Shown here one piece after another: positions 38,701-45,680 of a DNA stretch of 64,000 bases (position 1 is the first letter of the stretch; each line of letters starts with the position of its first letter). The translations under genes and the position numbers were made by a program. Source of the stretch: Burkholderiaceae bacterium. Lineage in GTDB: Bacteria > Pseudomonadota > Gammaproteobacteria > Burkholderiales > Burkholderiaceae_A. The stretch lies in contig SGYQ01000002.1 in assembly GCA_004214155.1 (NCBI GenBank), positions 17,429 through 81,428 of the forward strand, in the 5' to 3' direction. The notes beneath the pieces were generated by a model that saw only the letters and a list, made by a program, of their open reading frames with translations, did no database searches and had not been told where the DNA came from.

Positions 38701-41700
38701 ACAAGTGTTGCCTCAAATGGCTCCATAACCTTCAATGTTGCATCGGGCACACTGGCTCTTAGTGGCAATATAACGGGTGACGGGCAAATTATAAAAACAG
38801 GGTCTGGACAACTTAATTTGGAAGGAACAAATACATTTACCGGAGGCCTTCGAATTGCAGATGGAAATGTACAACTAGGCTCTTCACCCCTCCCCACTAC
38901 AGGAACAACTTTGCAACTGGGGGGTTCTGCAGTATTAAAAGTAAGTTCTGCAACACCGGATTATTCGGGAATCATGACCTTTGACTCCAATAGCTCGTAT
39001 CTAAGAATTTCAGTGCCTGCTGGGGACACTTATACGATGGCAAGCCCTATTACGTCGCAAACCGGCGGAATTCTATCCAAAAGAGGAGATGGAAAACTTA
39101 TCCTGAACGCAAATTTTGACTTTGGTGGCGGCGCTACAATTTACGGAGGCGATTTAGTTGTTGGGACTGGAGGAACATCTGGCAGGTTAAATTTAAGTAA
39201 TTCTAATTTCACATTCCATAATACCGGAGGCCGATATATATATAATCGCTCCGCTAATGTAACCAAAACACATCCTTTTAAAGTTGCTAATTCTTCAGCC
39301 TCAGGTTCTATAGATAATATTGGTGGGGGTACTCTGACCCTCACAGGTGCTATTGATGCAGGAATAACGATTCCCACGAATCCAACGAATGGTACGATAG
39401 TTTCATCTTCAAGCTCAAGTTCTAGTTCCGGGTCAACCGCCGGACCAACCAATACAGCTGCAGATTTTGGCACCCTAAGTATTTCTGGCAGTTTAACTGA
39501 AGGCCAGACGATTACCGCAAATTATACAATTACAGACGATAACGGGTTTTCCGGTACGCCACTGGTTCAGTGGTATCACGTAAGTGATCCTAGTACATCG
39601 ATTGCATCGGGCGGTAATACTTATGTACTTTCAGGAGCAGATGTTGGAGAAAGAATCGCTTTTGAAGTTACGTTTTCCGACAATGACGGGTTTTCGGAAA
39701 GATCTACGGTGTTTACTACTGAGGCAGCTGTGATTGTCGCAAGCAACGCAAACAACAATCAACAACAACCAGTAGAGCAACCAGTACAGCAACCAGTAGA
39801 GCAACCCGTAGAGCAACCAGTTATTTCGTCACCAGTTCAAGACACAACGCCGGAACCGAATTTCGATGTTCCAGCTGGTATCGGTCCAGGTGTTATTGAA
39901 GATTTACTTGTGGTTAGCGGTACTGAACATAATGTTGATTTCACTGATCCAGGTTTTGATCCTAATTTGCTCTTTTTTGACCAGACTTCAGAGACACCGC
40001 TAGGCCCGAATTTCAGTGGTCCATTCGACCCAATGTTGGATCCGAATTTCAATGGTCCATTTGACCCAACATTGAATCCAGGTATTGACGGCACATTTGT
40101 TCAGGACCCGTTCTACGAACCTCCTCCCGAATACAGCTCTGGCGATTTCTTTGAGGCTATTGCAAACGTAGGTTTATCTGGTGAAGAATTGACGGGCTCA
40201 TTTGAATTTTTTAAATCACAGGATCCATCAATACCGAATGACCCATTTTATGACCCGTCAGCTTATTTCATAGAAGCTGCAAATTTTGCAGGAGAAACGG
40301 GGTTAGGATTCGACCAGATTGCGGAATTTGCCGGTGAAGTTGACAGGCAAGTTTTCCTTGAAGCGGCAACCCTTACGGGAGAAATGGGGTTAGAATTCGA
40401 TCAAATTGCGGAATTTGCCGGTGAAGTTGACAGGCAAGTTTTCCTGGAAGCGGCAGAACTTACCGGTGAATATCAGCTAGATTTTTTTGAAGTAGCTCAG
40501 GTTGCTGAAAAAGTTGATGTTCAAATTTTGGATGATCTGGCAGTTCTGGCAGGAGAAGGCGGAAGTGTAGTAAAGGTTTTAGATAATGCGATCGAGGAAG
40601 CTTATGATGTTGTGCGACAAGTAGGCAACGTACCTCCACCCGGGGATTTCGGTCCTCCACCTGCAGACTTTGGTGAAGTGGCTGGTAGTCCTCCACCTGG
40701 AGACTTAGCTGCTCCTGGCGGAGATTTAGGAGGTCCTGAGGTAGCAGATGTGGCTGGAGACCCTGGATTAGAGCTCGCCCCTCCACCGGGAGATCTTAAT
40801 GGACCTCCTCCAGGAGATTTTGGACCTGGCCCAGGAGACCTAGGTGATGTAGCCGGTGGACCTGGCCCAGGAGAATTTTTAGCCCCTGCTCCAACCGATT
40901 TTGCACCTCCAATTCCAGGAGATTTAGCAGCTTTGCCAGGAGACTTTGCGCCTCCACCAGGACTAGACCTTGGGGAAATTGGAGAGTTTGGTGCTGAAGC
41001 TGCTAGTTTCGGAGATTTTACCGAATTTGGAGATGTAGGAGCACCTCCAGGAGATATTGGCGGACCACCACCGGGCGATATTAGTCCGGGTCCTGGTCCA
41101 GGAGGTGATTTGGGTGCTCCGCCACCAGGAGATGTACCTCCACCTGGAGATGGGCCTGATGGGCCTCCCCAGGGAGACGAGCCTCCTGCTGGAGATAGTC
41201 CACCGCCTGGGGACGAACCTGCACCAGGAGAATTAGCTGATGGTCCCGCAGGAGATGATGGATCCCCACCCGGAGATGAGCCTGCGCCAGAAAGCGCAGA
41301 GGCTCCTGGAGATGATGTTGGCCCTGGTGAAGAACCCGCTCCAGAAAGTGCAGATGCGGGCGGACCCGCTCCAGAGGTTGCTACAGATGGACCTGCTTCG
41401 GCAGATACTCCACCTGCTGGGGATACTGCTGGTGCAGGAGATGCGGTTGCTGCTGGAGATACTCCTCCTCCATCTGCTGGTGCTCCGCCTGGTGATGCAC
41501 CAGAAGCTCCAGCGCCTGCAGCAGCACCAGCTCCCATTACGGCAGATGCAGCTCCACCCCCACCACCACCGGTAGAGCCACCTCCTCCATCACCTGTACC
41601 TACCCAAAAAGCACCAACTCCGGTTGATAGTGCAGATGCTGGGGATAAAACTTTAGCTGCAGTTGCACCACCAAGCCCTCCAAAGCCTGCTTCTCAACCA

Positions 41701-41838
41701 CAGGCGGTATCAGTAAAAACGGTTTCTGTTGTGCCTGGTGGAGTTGTAAATGTTCAGGTACCTGTACCACCTAGACCTCCTGCTGGTCTTGCTGGAGCTC
41801 CTAAAATTCCTAGTGTTGGAAATAGCTCGAATTGGTAA
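35785..41838 (+). CDS. Two-partner-secretion exoprotein (TpsA; filamentous-hemagglutinin-type N-terminal domain) with beta-helix repeats and a proline-rich C-terminal tail
   Basis: TTG start. ESPR-like N-terminus MNKIFKTKYCEKRQTYLATHEKAK followed by the hydrophobic segment ALAISALFTQPLLAQG. TPS domain: TINAVNQTNTVIQQTTNKAVINWEKFTIPKDNSVNFQQP...LNRVLGSQKSEIHGRLKANGQVWLLNPNGTLIG (NPNG motif). At least five autotransporter-type beta-strand repeats (KQGSGTLTLSAINT.., KTGSGQLNLEGTNTFTGGLRI.., KRGDGKLILNANFDFGGGATIYGG..). An Ig-like module (TEGQTITANYTITDDNGF..). Then the repeats and the PPGD-rich tail. Confidence 0.85.
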   Translation: MNKIFKTKYCEKRQTYLATHEKAKIGVPATSSASNGRICLKYNVIALAISALFTQPLLAQGLVNPNVVAGQATINAVNQTNTVIQQTTNKAVINWEKFTIPKDNSVNFQQPDTSSITLNRVLGSQKSEIHGRLKANGQVWLLNPNGTLIGENGSINAHGFMATTHQISNDQFMNGNYSLQKNNRLSGDIQNLGVIDISDGGYAVLSADKVVNEGVIGARLGTVALAAGEAITIDLVGDQLLSFQVDSATSDGSRKSVTNSGTISAHGGHVLLTAKAASNIVESVVNSTGVVEAVSVEKKNGKIVFSSGSKGTTSIEGTVDVSGKNSEETAGSVEIFGKDVKVANAKIDATGSAGGGNVYVGGGWQGAKVGDHEAAKTVTVSSDSLIDASAISEGDGGEVVIWSDVPDPSSVTRAHGVLKAEGGEHSGDGGKVETSGNALHTQNIQVSTRAKNGEFGLWLLDPTTITIGNGTDNNTLVSGEYTYDGGDANGFIDGPTLNASLDGNNVGITADNITLAESYSDSYATTLTLNATSVITLTGSFNRSAGTIIANAGTTLTGAGGLACGAACTVSIGSDSTTYTGIINTPSFTKQGSGTLTLSAINTMEESTVLNGGIKISNGGALGAGAVGVHDGAFVDLNGQIVSNSFEVQGGVSGGGALKNTSGTLARITATNNGTVAIRGVGNDTRTKIGGSGDLSIEVPITNATGVTTAKLLKGGGTGKLYLKAANTYNGGTQIYSGTVVADHSAALGSTGNIEFTGGILGITGNTQALGSDRIGSGSTATVNLDVGDGVNYGLTGIAYSGGSSSSLIKTGSGNLAFIGTTAFRNGVDVQAGDVAIGDNSTATTFSGNLQIASGSNVNFLPTSSMTYTGAIAGSGSINIQGTGSQRLIFNGNTASYSGTTNVTSAVFQVGDGTARSFQDHAGTVNIDTNSALELNPGTSGTITTLINSEGSIRNIAAQDITFSNISAHTGSTSVASNGSITFNVASGTLALSGNITGDGQIIKTGSGQLNLEGTNTFTGGLRIADGNVQLGSSPLPTTGTTLQLGGSAVLKVSSATPDYSGIMTFDSNSSYLRISVPAGDTYTMASPITSQTGGILSKRGDGKLILNANFDFGGGATIYGGDLVVGTGGTSGRLNLSNSNFTFHNTGGRYIYNRSANVTKTHPFKVANSSASGSIDNIGGGTLTLTGAIDAGITIPTNPTNGTIVSSSSSSSSSGSTAGPTNTAADFGTLSISGSLTEGQTITANYTITDDNGFSGTPLVQWYHVSDPSTSIASGGNTYVLSGADVGERIAFEVTFSDNDGFSERSTVFTTEAAVIVASNANNNQQQPVEQPVQQPVEQPVEQPVISSPVQDTTPEPNFDVPAGIGPGVIEDLLVVSGTEHNVDFTDPGFDPNLLFFDQTSETPLGPNFSGPFDPMLDPNFNGPFDPTLNPGIDGTFVQDPFYEPPPEYSSGDFFEAIANVGLSGEELTGSFEFFKSQDPSIPNDPFYDPSAYFIEAANFAGETGLGFDQIAEFAGEVDRQVFLEAATLTGEMGLEFDQIAEFAGEVDRQVFLEAAELTGEYQLDFFEVAQVAEKVDVQILDDLAVLAGEGGSVVKVLDNAIEEAYDVVRQVGNVPPPGDFGPPPADFGEVAGSPPPGDLAAPGGDLGGPEVADVAGDPGLELAPPPGDLNGPPPGDFGPGPGDLGDVAGGPGPGEFLAPAPTDFAPPIPGDLAALPGDFAPPPGLDLGEIGEFGAEAASFGDFTEFGDVGAPPGDIGGPPPGDISPGPGPGGDLGAPPPGDVPPPGDGPDGPPQGDEPPAGDSPPPGDEPAPGELADGPAGDDGSPPGDEPAPESAEAPGDDVGPGEEPAPESADAGGPAPEVATDGPASADTPPAGDTAGAGDAVAAGDTPPPSAGAPPGDAPEAPAPAAAPAPITADAAPPPPPPVEPPPPSPVPTQKAPTPVDSADAGDKTLAAVAPPSPPKPASQPQAVSVKTVSVVPGGVVNVQVPVPPRPPAGLAGAPKIPSVGNSSNW
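39766..39822 (+). repeat. In-frame 12-bp tandem repeat (QPVE/QPVQ x ~5) inside tpsA
   Basis: caaccagtagag caaccagtacag caaccagtagag caacccgtagag caaccagtt, encoding QQPVEQPVQQPVEQPVEQPV. Confidence 0.85.
40291..40551 (+). repeat. Three tandem 87-bp (29-aa) units inside tpsA; units 1 and 2 nearly identical, unit 3 diverged
   Basis: Unit 1 (40291-40377): GETGLGFDQIAEFAGEVDRQVFLEAATLT. Unit 2 (40378-40464): GEMGLEFDQIAEFAGEVDRQVFLEAAELT. Unit 3 (40465-40551): GEYQLDFFEVAQVAEKVDVQILDDLAVLA. The nucleotide identity of units 1 and 2 is visible by eye. Confidence 0.85.
40630..41838 (+). repeat. Low-complexity Pro/Gly/Asp/Ala-rich coding region (PPGD-type repeats), locally GC-rich
   Basis: PPPGDFGPPPADFG..SPPPGDLAAPGGDLGG..APPPGDLNGPPPGDFGPGPGDLG..., ending in PPPPPPVEPPPPSPVP. 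I counted 38 G+C in 41461-41520 versus 15 G+C in 48001-48060. Confidence 0.9.
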
Positions 41839-41843
41839 CGGTT

Positions 41844-44800
41844 ATGTTAACGATCATAAGAAATTATCTTAAGTTACTATTCTTAACTATATGTTATAGT
41901 GCAATTTTTTCTCAAAGTGTTGCTCAAAATAAACCGAAGATTCAGCAACAAGAACTTTATGACAACCTCATCGACGAGAAATGTGTTGCCCGTCCGCGAG
42001 TTGACATGCTTCCTCCGCCAGGATTGCCAGTAGATAAAATGGTTTATTGTAATGACCAACTGGTTGCGTCAGTTTCCGCAGCAAAACTAACGGCTATTGA
42101 AGAGGGAGAGGATTTTAAAACAAAGCTTACAGACACCTATGCGAACAGCCGTGTATACAATTTGAATTCGAGAAGAATGCGTTGTGATGACAAAACAACA
42201 AATCTTGCTAAAATTAAATGGGAAAATGCACTTGCCTACCCTTGCAAGCTGAGCAACGGTGGCTGGCCTCATTTGGTTGTGTTATTGCCTCGAAAAGATA
42301 AGCTTTATATTGCAGAAGGAGCGCCGTCACTCCTACCAACGCTTATTTCTGCAGTTTATCCAAAAAGAAAAGAAGAGCCTACAAAATCTGCTTACACGGA
42401 AAGCTTGCAGGAGATTTTTGGAGGGCCCGTTCCCCTGGCTTCATCAAAGGATTTGAAAAATTTCGATAAAATTTTAGCAGATGCAAGAACAGCAAATACG
42501 CAAGGTCGCTATCAAGACTCGGAATCATTATTTAGAAAAGCATTAGATTTACAAACTAAATTATTGAATGAAAGGGATATTTCTATTGCGGAAACTTTGA
42601 TGGACCTTGCTCTAAATGTAAGCAACCAAGGTCGCGACGAAGAGGCGTTAGCACTATTTAGAAGAGCTGAGCCGATTATCCAGGTCTCACCAGTTGACTC
42701 CGACAGAGCTCGATTTGCCTCTTATCAAGGATACCATGAGGCAAATTCCAAACGCTATGATAAGGCATTACAGTTTGCCTCAGGAGCTGTTGTCTCCTGG
42801 CGTAAAATTGCTACAGGCCCGAGTGTTGATTTTTCAAGCCTTTTTGGAGAGAGTTCAGATGCTGATCCTAGAGCAGCAGAAAAAGGAGAGCTAGCCCTTG
42901 CTTTAAATTTACAGGCAAATATGGCACTTCGATTAGAACAAAATGAACTAGCGCAGGCTGCTGCTTCCGAAGCATTGCAGATATTAAATGATACAGATGG
43001 ACTGCCACGCTGGTGGAAAGCAGATATTCTATTAACTTTGGGAAAAATAGCTTCCGCACAAGGAAGACTTTCTGCTGCTGAAAAATTTCTGAATACTGCA
43101 CTTGCTGAGCGTGGGATCTCTACCGGAGATGGACCACATCTTCTTCCAATTCGGTTTGCTCTTGCAAAAGCTTATACAAGCGAGGCTATGCACACATCCT
43201 CAATAATCACATACCGTCAAATTTTTAAAAAAATAAAAAGTTTTCCGGTTGGAACAAAGGTAAATATTAAGAAAGAAGATATCCTTCCTTTTGCCGCCTC
43301 GATTGTGCAGCATGCAAAGACAATTAAAGATGATAAGGAAAAACAGGGTCTCTTTAATGAGGCATTTGATGCATTTCAGCTTTTAAGACCATCAGTTGTA
43401 GAAGATACCATTGCGAAAGCCTCAGCAAGACTTGCTATAGACGACCCAGATTTAGCGAAACTACTTGCAGATATTCAAAATGCGGAAAGAGAGCGTGATG
43501 CGGCAAATGTGGAATTATCCTATGAGTCTTCTTTACCAGATGATCAACGCAGTAAGTTAATAGAAGATCAATTGACACTGCGAAAAAAAACAGCGTTTTT
43601 ACAACTTCAAAAATTAAATAAAGAAATCAATACAAAATTTCCCAATTACGCTACTTTGACTGCACCTAAACCCTTAATTACGCTCGATTTTCGAAACCGA
43701 ATTGGGGCAACCGAGGGAGCTGTCTCTTTTATAGTAGGAGAAAATAAGTCTTTTATTCAACTGATTAGACGAGACGGTATCTTTATTGGGGAAATCAAAG
43801 AAGGTGAGGAGTCTTTAAATGAATCTGTTCAGGCCTTACGAAGTGCTCTTGAATTAAAAGGAGGAACGATTAATGAATTTGACTCCCCTCTTGCTTATTC
43901 TCTATACAACCGTCTATTTACCTCTGTTAAAGACAAGTTGCTTGATTTGAACCACTTAATCATCATTCCATCAGGCCCCCTTGCAAGCCTACCTTTTTCC
44001 CTTCTAATAGAGAAAGACCCTAAAAACAAAGGTTATGACGGAGTCTCCTGGATGGTCAGCCGAATGGCATTTTCCTATTCACCATCATTGAAAACATTTT
44101 ATTCTCAGCGAACTGCAGCAAAGAATTCCAAGCCAACGAAGAAACTTTTCGCACTTGCGAATCCATTGCTGACCGGAGAAAAAGTCCAAACGAAAGATAC
44201 CGAAAAAGGTTTGTCAGCGCTTTCTACAAGTTGCAGACAGGCTGGTCCAGCTTCCTCTGATTTAATTCGCTCACTTGCGCCATTACCCGATACAGAAAGT
44301 GAAGTAAATAACGTGAAAAACAGTTTAGGGAAAACAGAAAAATCCGAGATTCAAATTTTCACAAAAAAAGATGCTAATGAAAAAAATCTTCGAAATGTTC
44401 AATTAGATGATTACAGAGTATTGTATTTTGCAACTCATGGGCTATTGCCCGGAGAATTAAAGTGTCAGGCTGAGCCTGGATTAGTACTTACTCCTCCAAA
44501 AAAAGCAAATTCAAGAAATAACGATGGTTTGCTAGAAGCAAGTGAGATTGCATTATTAAAATTAAACGCTGATTTAGTTGTATTGTCAGCATGCAATACT
44601 GCTGGTAGTGGAGGGAAATTTGGGGGTGATGCCCTTTCTGGTCTAGCAGAAGCTTTTTTCTATGCTGGAGCCAAAAGTTTGGTGGTCAGTCATTGGCAAG
44701 TTCCTTCGAAAGCGACAGCAAGTCTAATGTCTAAAATGTTTGAAGAGCTTGGCACAGAGTTAGAATTGGGCGCGTCTTTAGCTATGAGAAAAGCTCAAAC

Positions 44801-44930
44801 CGAATTAATAAGTAAGAAAGAAACATCGCATCCCTTTTTCTGGGCTGCATTTGTTGTGGTTGGTGACGGAATCGCAGATTCTTGGTTACCGATCCCTAGA
44901 GGTGAAAAACTTGCGAAAAATATAAATTAA
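41844..44930 (+). CDS. Exported TPR-CHAT protein (caspase-like cysteine protease domain)
   Basis: ORF track 41832 (TTG). I prefer ATG 41844 (MLTIIRNYLKLLFLTICYSAIFSQSVAQ, a Sec-type signal peptide). Central TPR-like repeats (GRYQDSESLFRKALDLQTKLL.., NQGRDEEALALFRRAEPI..). C-terminal CHAT domain with the His context VLYFATHGLL and the Cys context DLVVLSACNTAGSGG. Confidence 0.85.
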   Translation: MLTIIRNYLKLLFLTICYSAIFSQSVAQNKPKIQQQELYDNLIDEKCVARPRVDMLPPPGLPVDKMVYCNDQLVASVSAAKLTAIEEGEDFKTKLTDTYANSRVYNLNSRRMRCDDKTTNLAKIKWENALAYPCKLSNGGWPHLVVLLPRKDKLYIAEGAPSLLPTLISAVYPKRKEEPTKSAYTESLQEIFGGPVPLASSKDLKNFDKILADARTANTQGRYQDSESLFRKALDLQTKLLNERDISIAETLMDLALNVSNQGRDEEALALFRRAEPIIQVSPVDSDRARFASYQGYHEANSKRYDKALQFASGAVVSWRKIATGPSVDFSSLFGESSDADPRAAEKGELALALNLQANMALRLEQNELAQAAASEALQILNDTDGLPRWWKADILLTLGKIASAQGRLSAAEKFLNTALAERGISTGDGPHLLPIRFALAKAYTSEAMHTSSIITYRQIFKKIKSFPVGTKVNIKKEDILPFAASIVQHAKTIKDDKEKQGLFNEAFDAFQLLRPSVVEDTIAKASARLAIDDPDLAKLLADIQNAERERDAANVELSYESSLPDDQRSKLIEDQLTLRKKTAFLQLQKLNKEINTKFPNYATLTAPKPLITLDFRNRIGATEGAVSFIVGENKSFIQLIRRDGIFIGEIKEGEESLNESVQALRSALELKGGTINEFDSPLAYSLYNRLFTSVKDKLLDLNHLIIIPSGPLASLPFSLLIEKDPKNKGYDGVSWMVSRMAFSYSPSLKTFYSQRTAAKNSKPTKKLFALANPLLTGEKVQTKDTEKGLSALSTSCRQAGPASSDLIRSLAPLPDTESEVNNVKNSLGKTEKSEIQIFTKKDANEKNLRNVQLDDYRVLYFATHGLLPGELKCQAEPGLVLTPPKKANSRNNDGLLEASEIALLKLNADLVVLSACNTAGSGGKFGGDALSGLAEAFFYAGAKSLVVSHWQVPSKATASLMSKMFEELGTELELGASLAMRKAQTELISKKETSHPFFWAAFVVVGDGIADSWLPIPRGEKLAKNIN

Positions 44931-44933
44931 AAT

Positions 44934-45680
44934 ATGAGAATGAAAAAAAAACTACTTTTATATGTATTACCTCTAACGTTGTTCTTGCATTTTGGAATAG
45001 TCAGTGCTGAATTAATCGTTCTTCAGGCACGTGGTGGCGGTCTTAAAGTAGGTCAGAGTGTATCTGCTACTAAGAAAATTGTTTTAAAAGAAGGTGAACG
45101 CGTGACATTGATTGGACCTGATGGAAAAAGTATTAAATTACGAGGCCCATTTGATGATGTTCCTGTCAAAGATGGTGGCAAGGGTACTGACCCGAAAAAA
45201 GCACTAGCTGCATTAATCGCAACACGCGATGCTCGCACGAGTTCCGTAGGTGTTGTGCGATCTGGTACTGCAGATGTTAATACACCTGACCCTGCTGCCA
45301 TTGACATTACGAGAGGTGGTCCACGTTGCCTAGATGAAGGGGCTAAACCTGAATTTTGGAGACCCGATGCAACAAATGAACAGCCTTTTGTAATGTATCC
45401 AATTGATCGTTCTTGGAGAGCGGATTTACTTTGGGAAAAAGGTCAGAGCAGAATGACAATGCCAGATCTTAGTAAATTTGATGGAGTTACAACTGTTCTT
45501 GTAAATATTGACCAACAAGAGTTTGTAATTAGTTTCTCAGTAATACCTAAATCAGTGAAGGACCCATTTATCCTAACAGCCTGGCTACTTGAAAAAGGTT
45601 GCGTACAACAAGCTAATGCTCTTTTGCGAACAATAGCTTCTAATCAAACACCTCCCACCGAACCCATTCCAGTTAACTAA
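44934..45680 (+). CDS. Hypothetical exported protein (248 aa), operon-internal orphan
   Basis: Signal peptide MRMKKKLLLYVLPLTLFLHFGIVSA. The N-terminal segment LKVGQSVSATKKIVLKEGERVTLIGPDGKSIKLRGP has the look of a FecR-type beta-sandwich (weak, by eye). Two Cys residues. The stop overlaps the cyclase ATG (TAATG). Confidence 0.5.
   Translation: MRMKKKLLLYVLPLTLFLHFGIVSAELIVLQARGGGLKVGQSVSATKKIVLKEGERVTLIGPDGKSIKLRGPFDDVPVKDGGKGTDPKKALAALIATRDARTSSVGVVRSGTADVNTPDPAAIDITRGGPRCLDEGAKPEFWRPDATNEQPFVMYPIDRSWRADLLWEKGQSRMTMPDLSKFDGVTTVLVNIDQQEFVISFSVIPKSVKDPFILTAWLLEKGCVQQANALLRTIASNQTPPTEPIPVN

Noticed and set aside
39766-39822. Regular short repeats that could be mistaken for a CRISPR-like or satellite array
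   Set aside because: The units are 12 bp, contiguous without spacers, in frame, and encode QPVE repeats within tpsA. This is a coding tandem repeat, not a CRISPR array.
40602-41537. 311-aa minus-strand ORF (SPGG/GAG-rich) inside the 3' end of tpsA
   Set aside because: It is the mirror image of the PPGD-repeat codons (CCN/GGN are stop-free on both strands). It has no independent motif or start context and lies wholly inside a well-supported gene. I treat it as a compositional artefact.
41844-44930. TPR-CHAT as the Csx29-type partner of a type III-E CRISPR (Craspase) system
   Set aside because: There is no cas7-11-like giant gene, no other cas gene and no CRISPR array anywhere in the window. 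In addition, this CHAT protein has a signal peptide.
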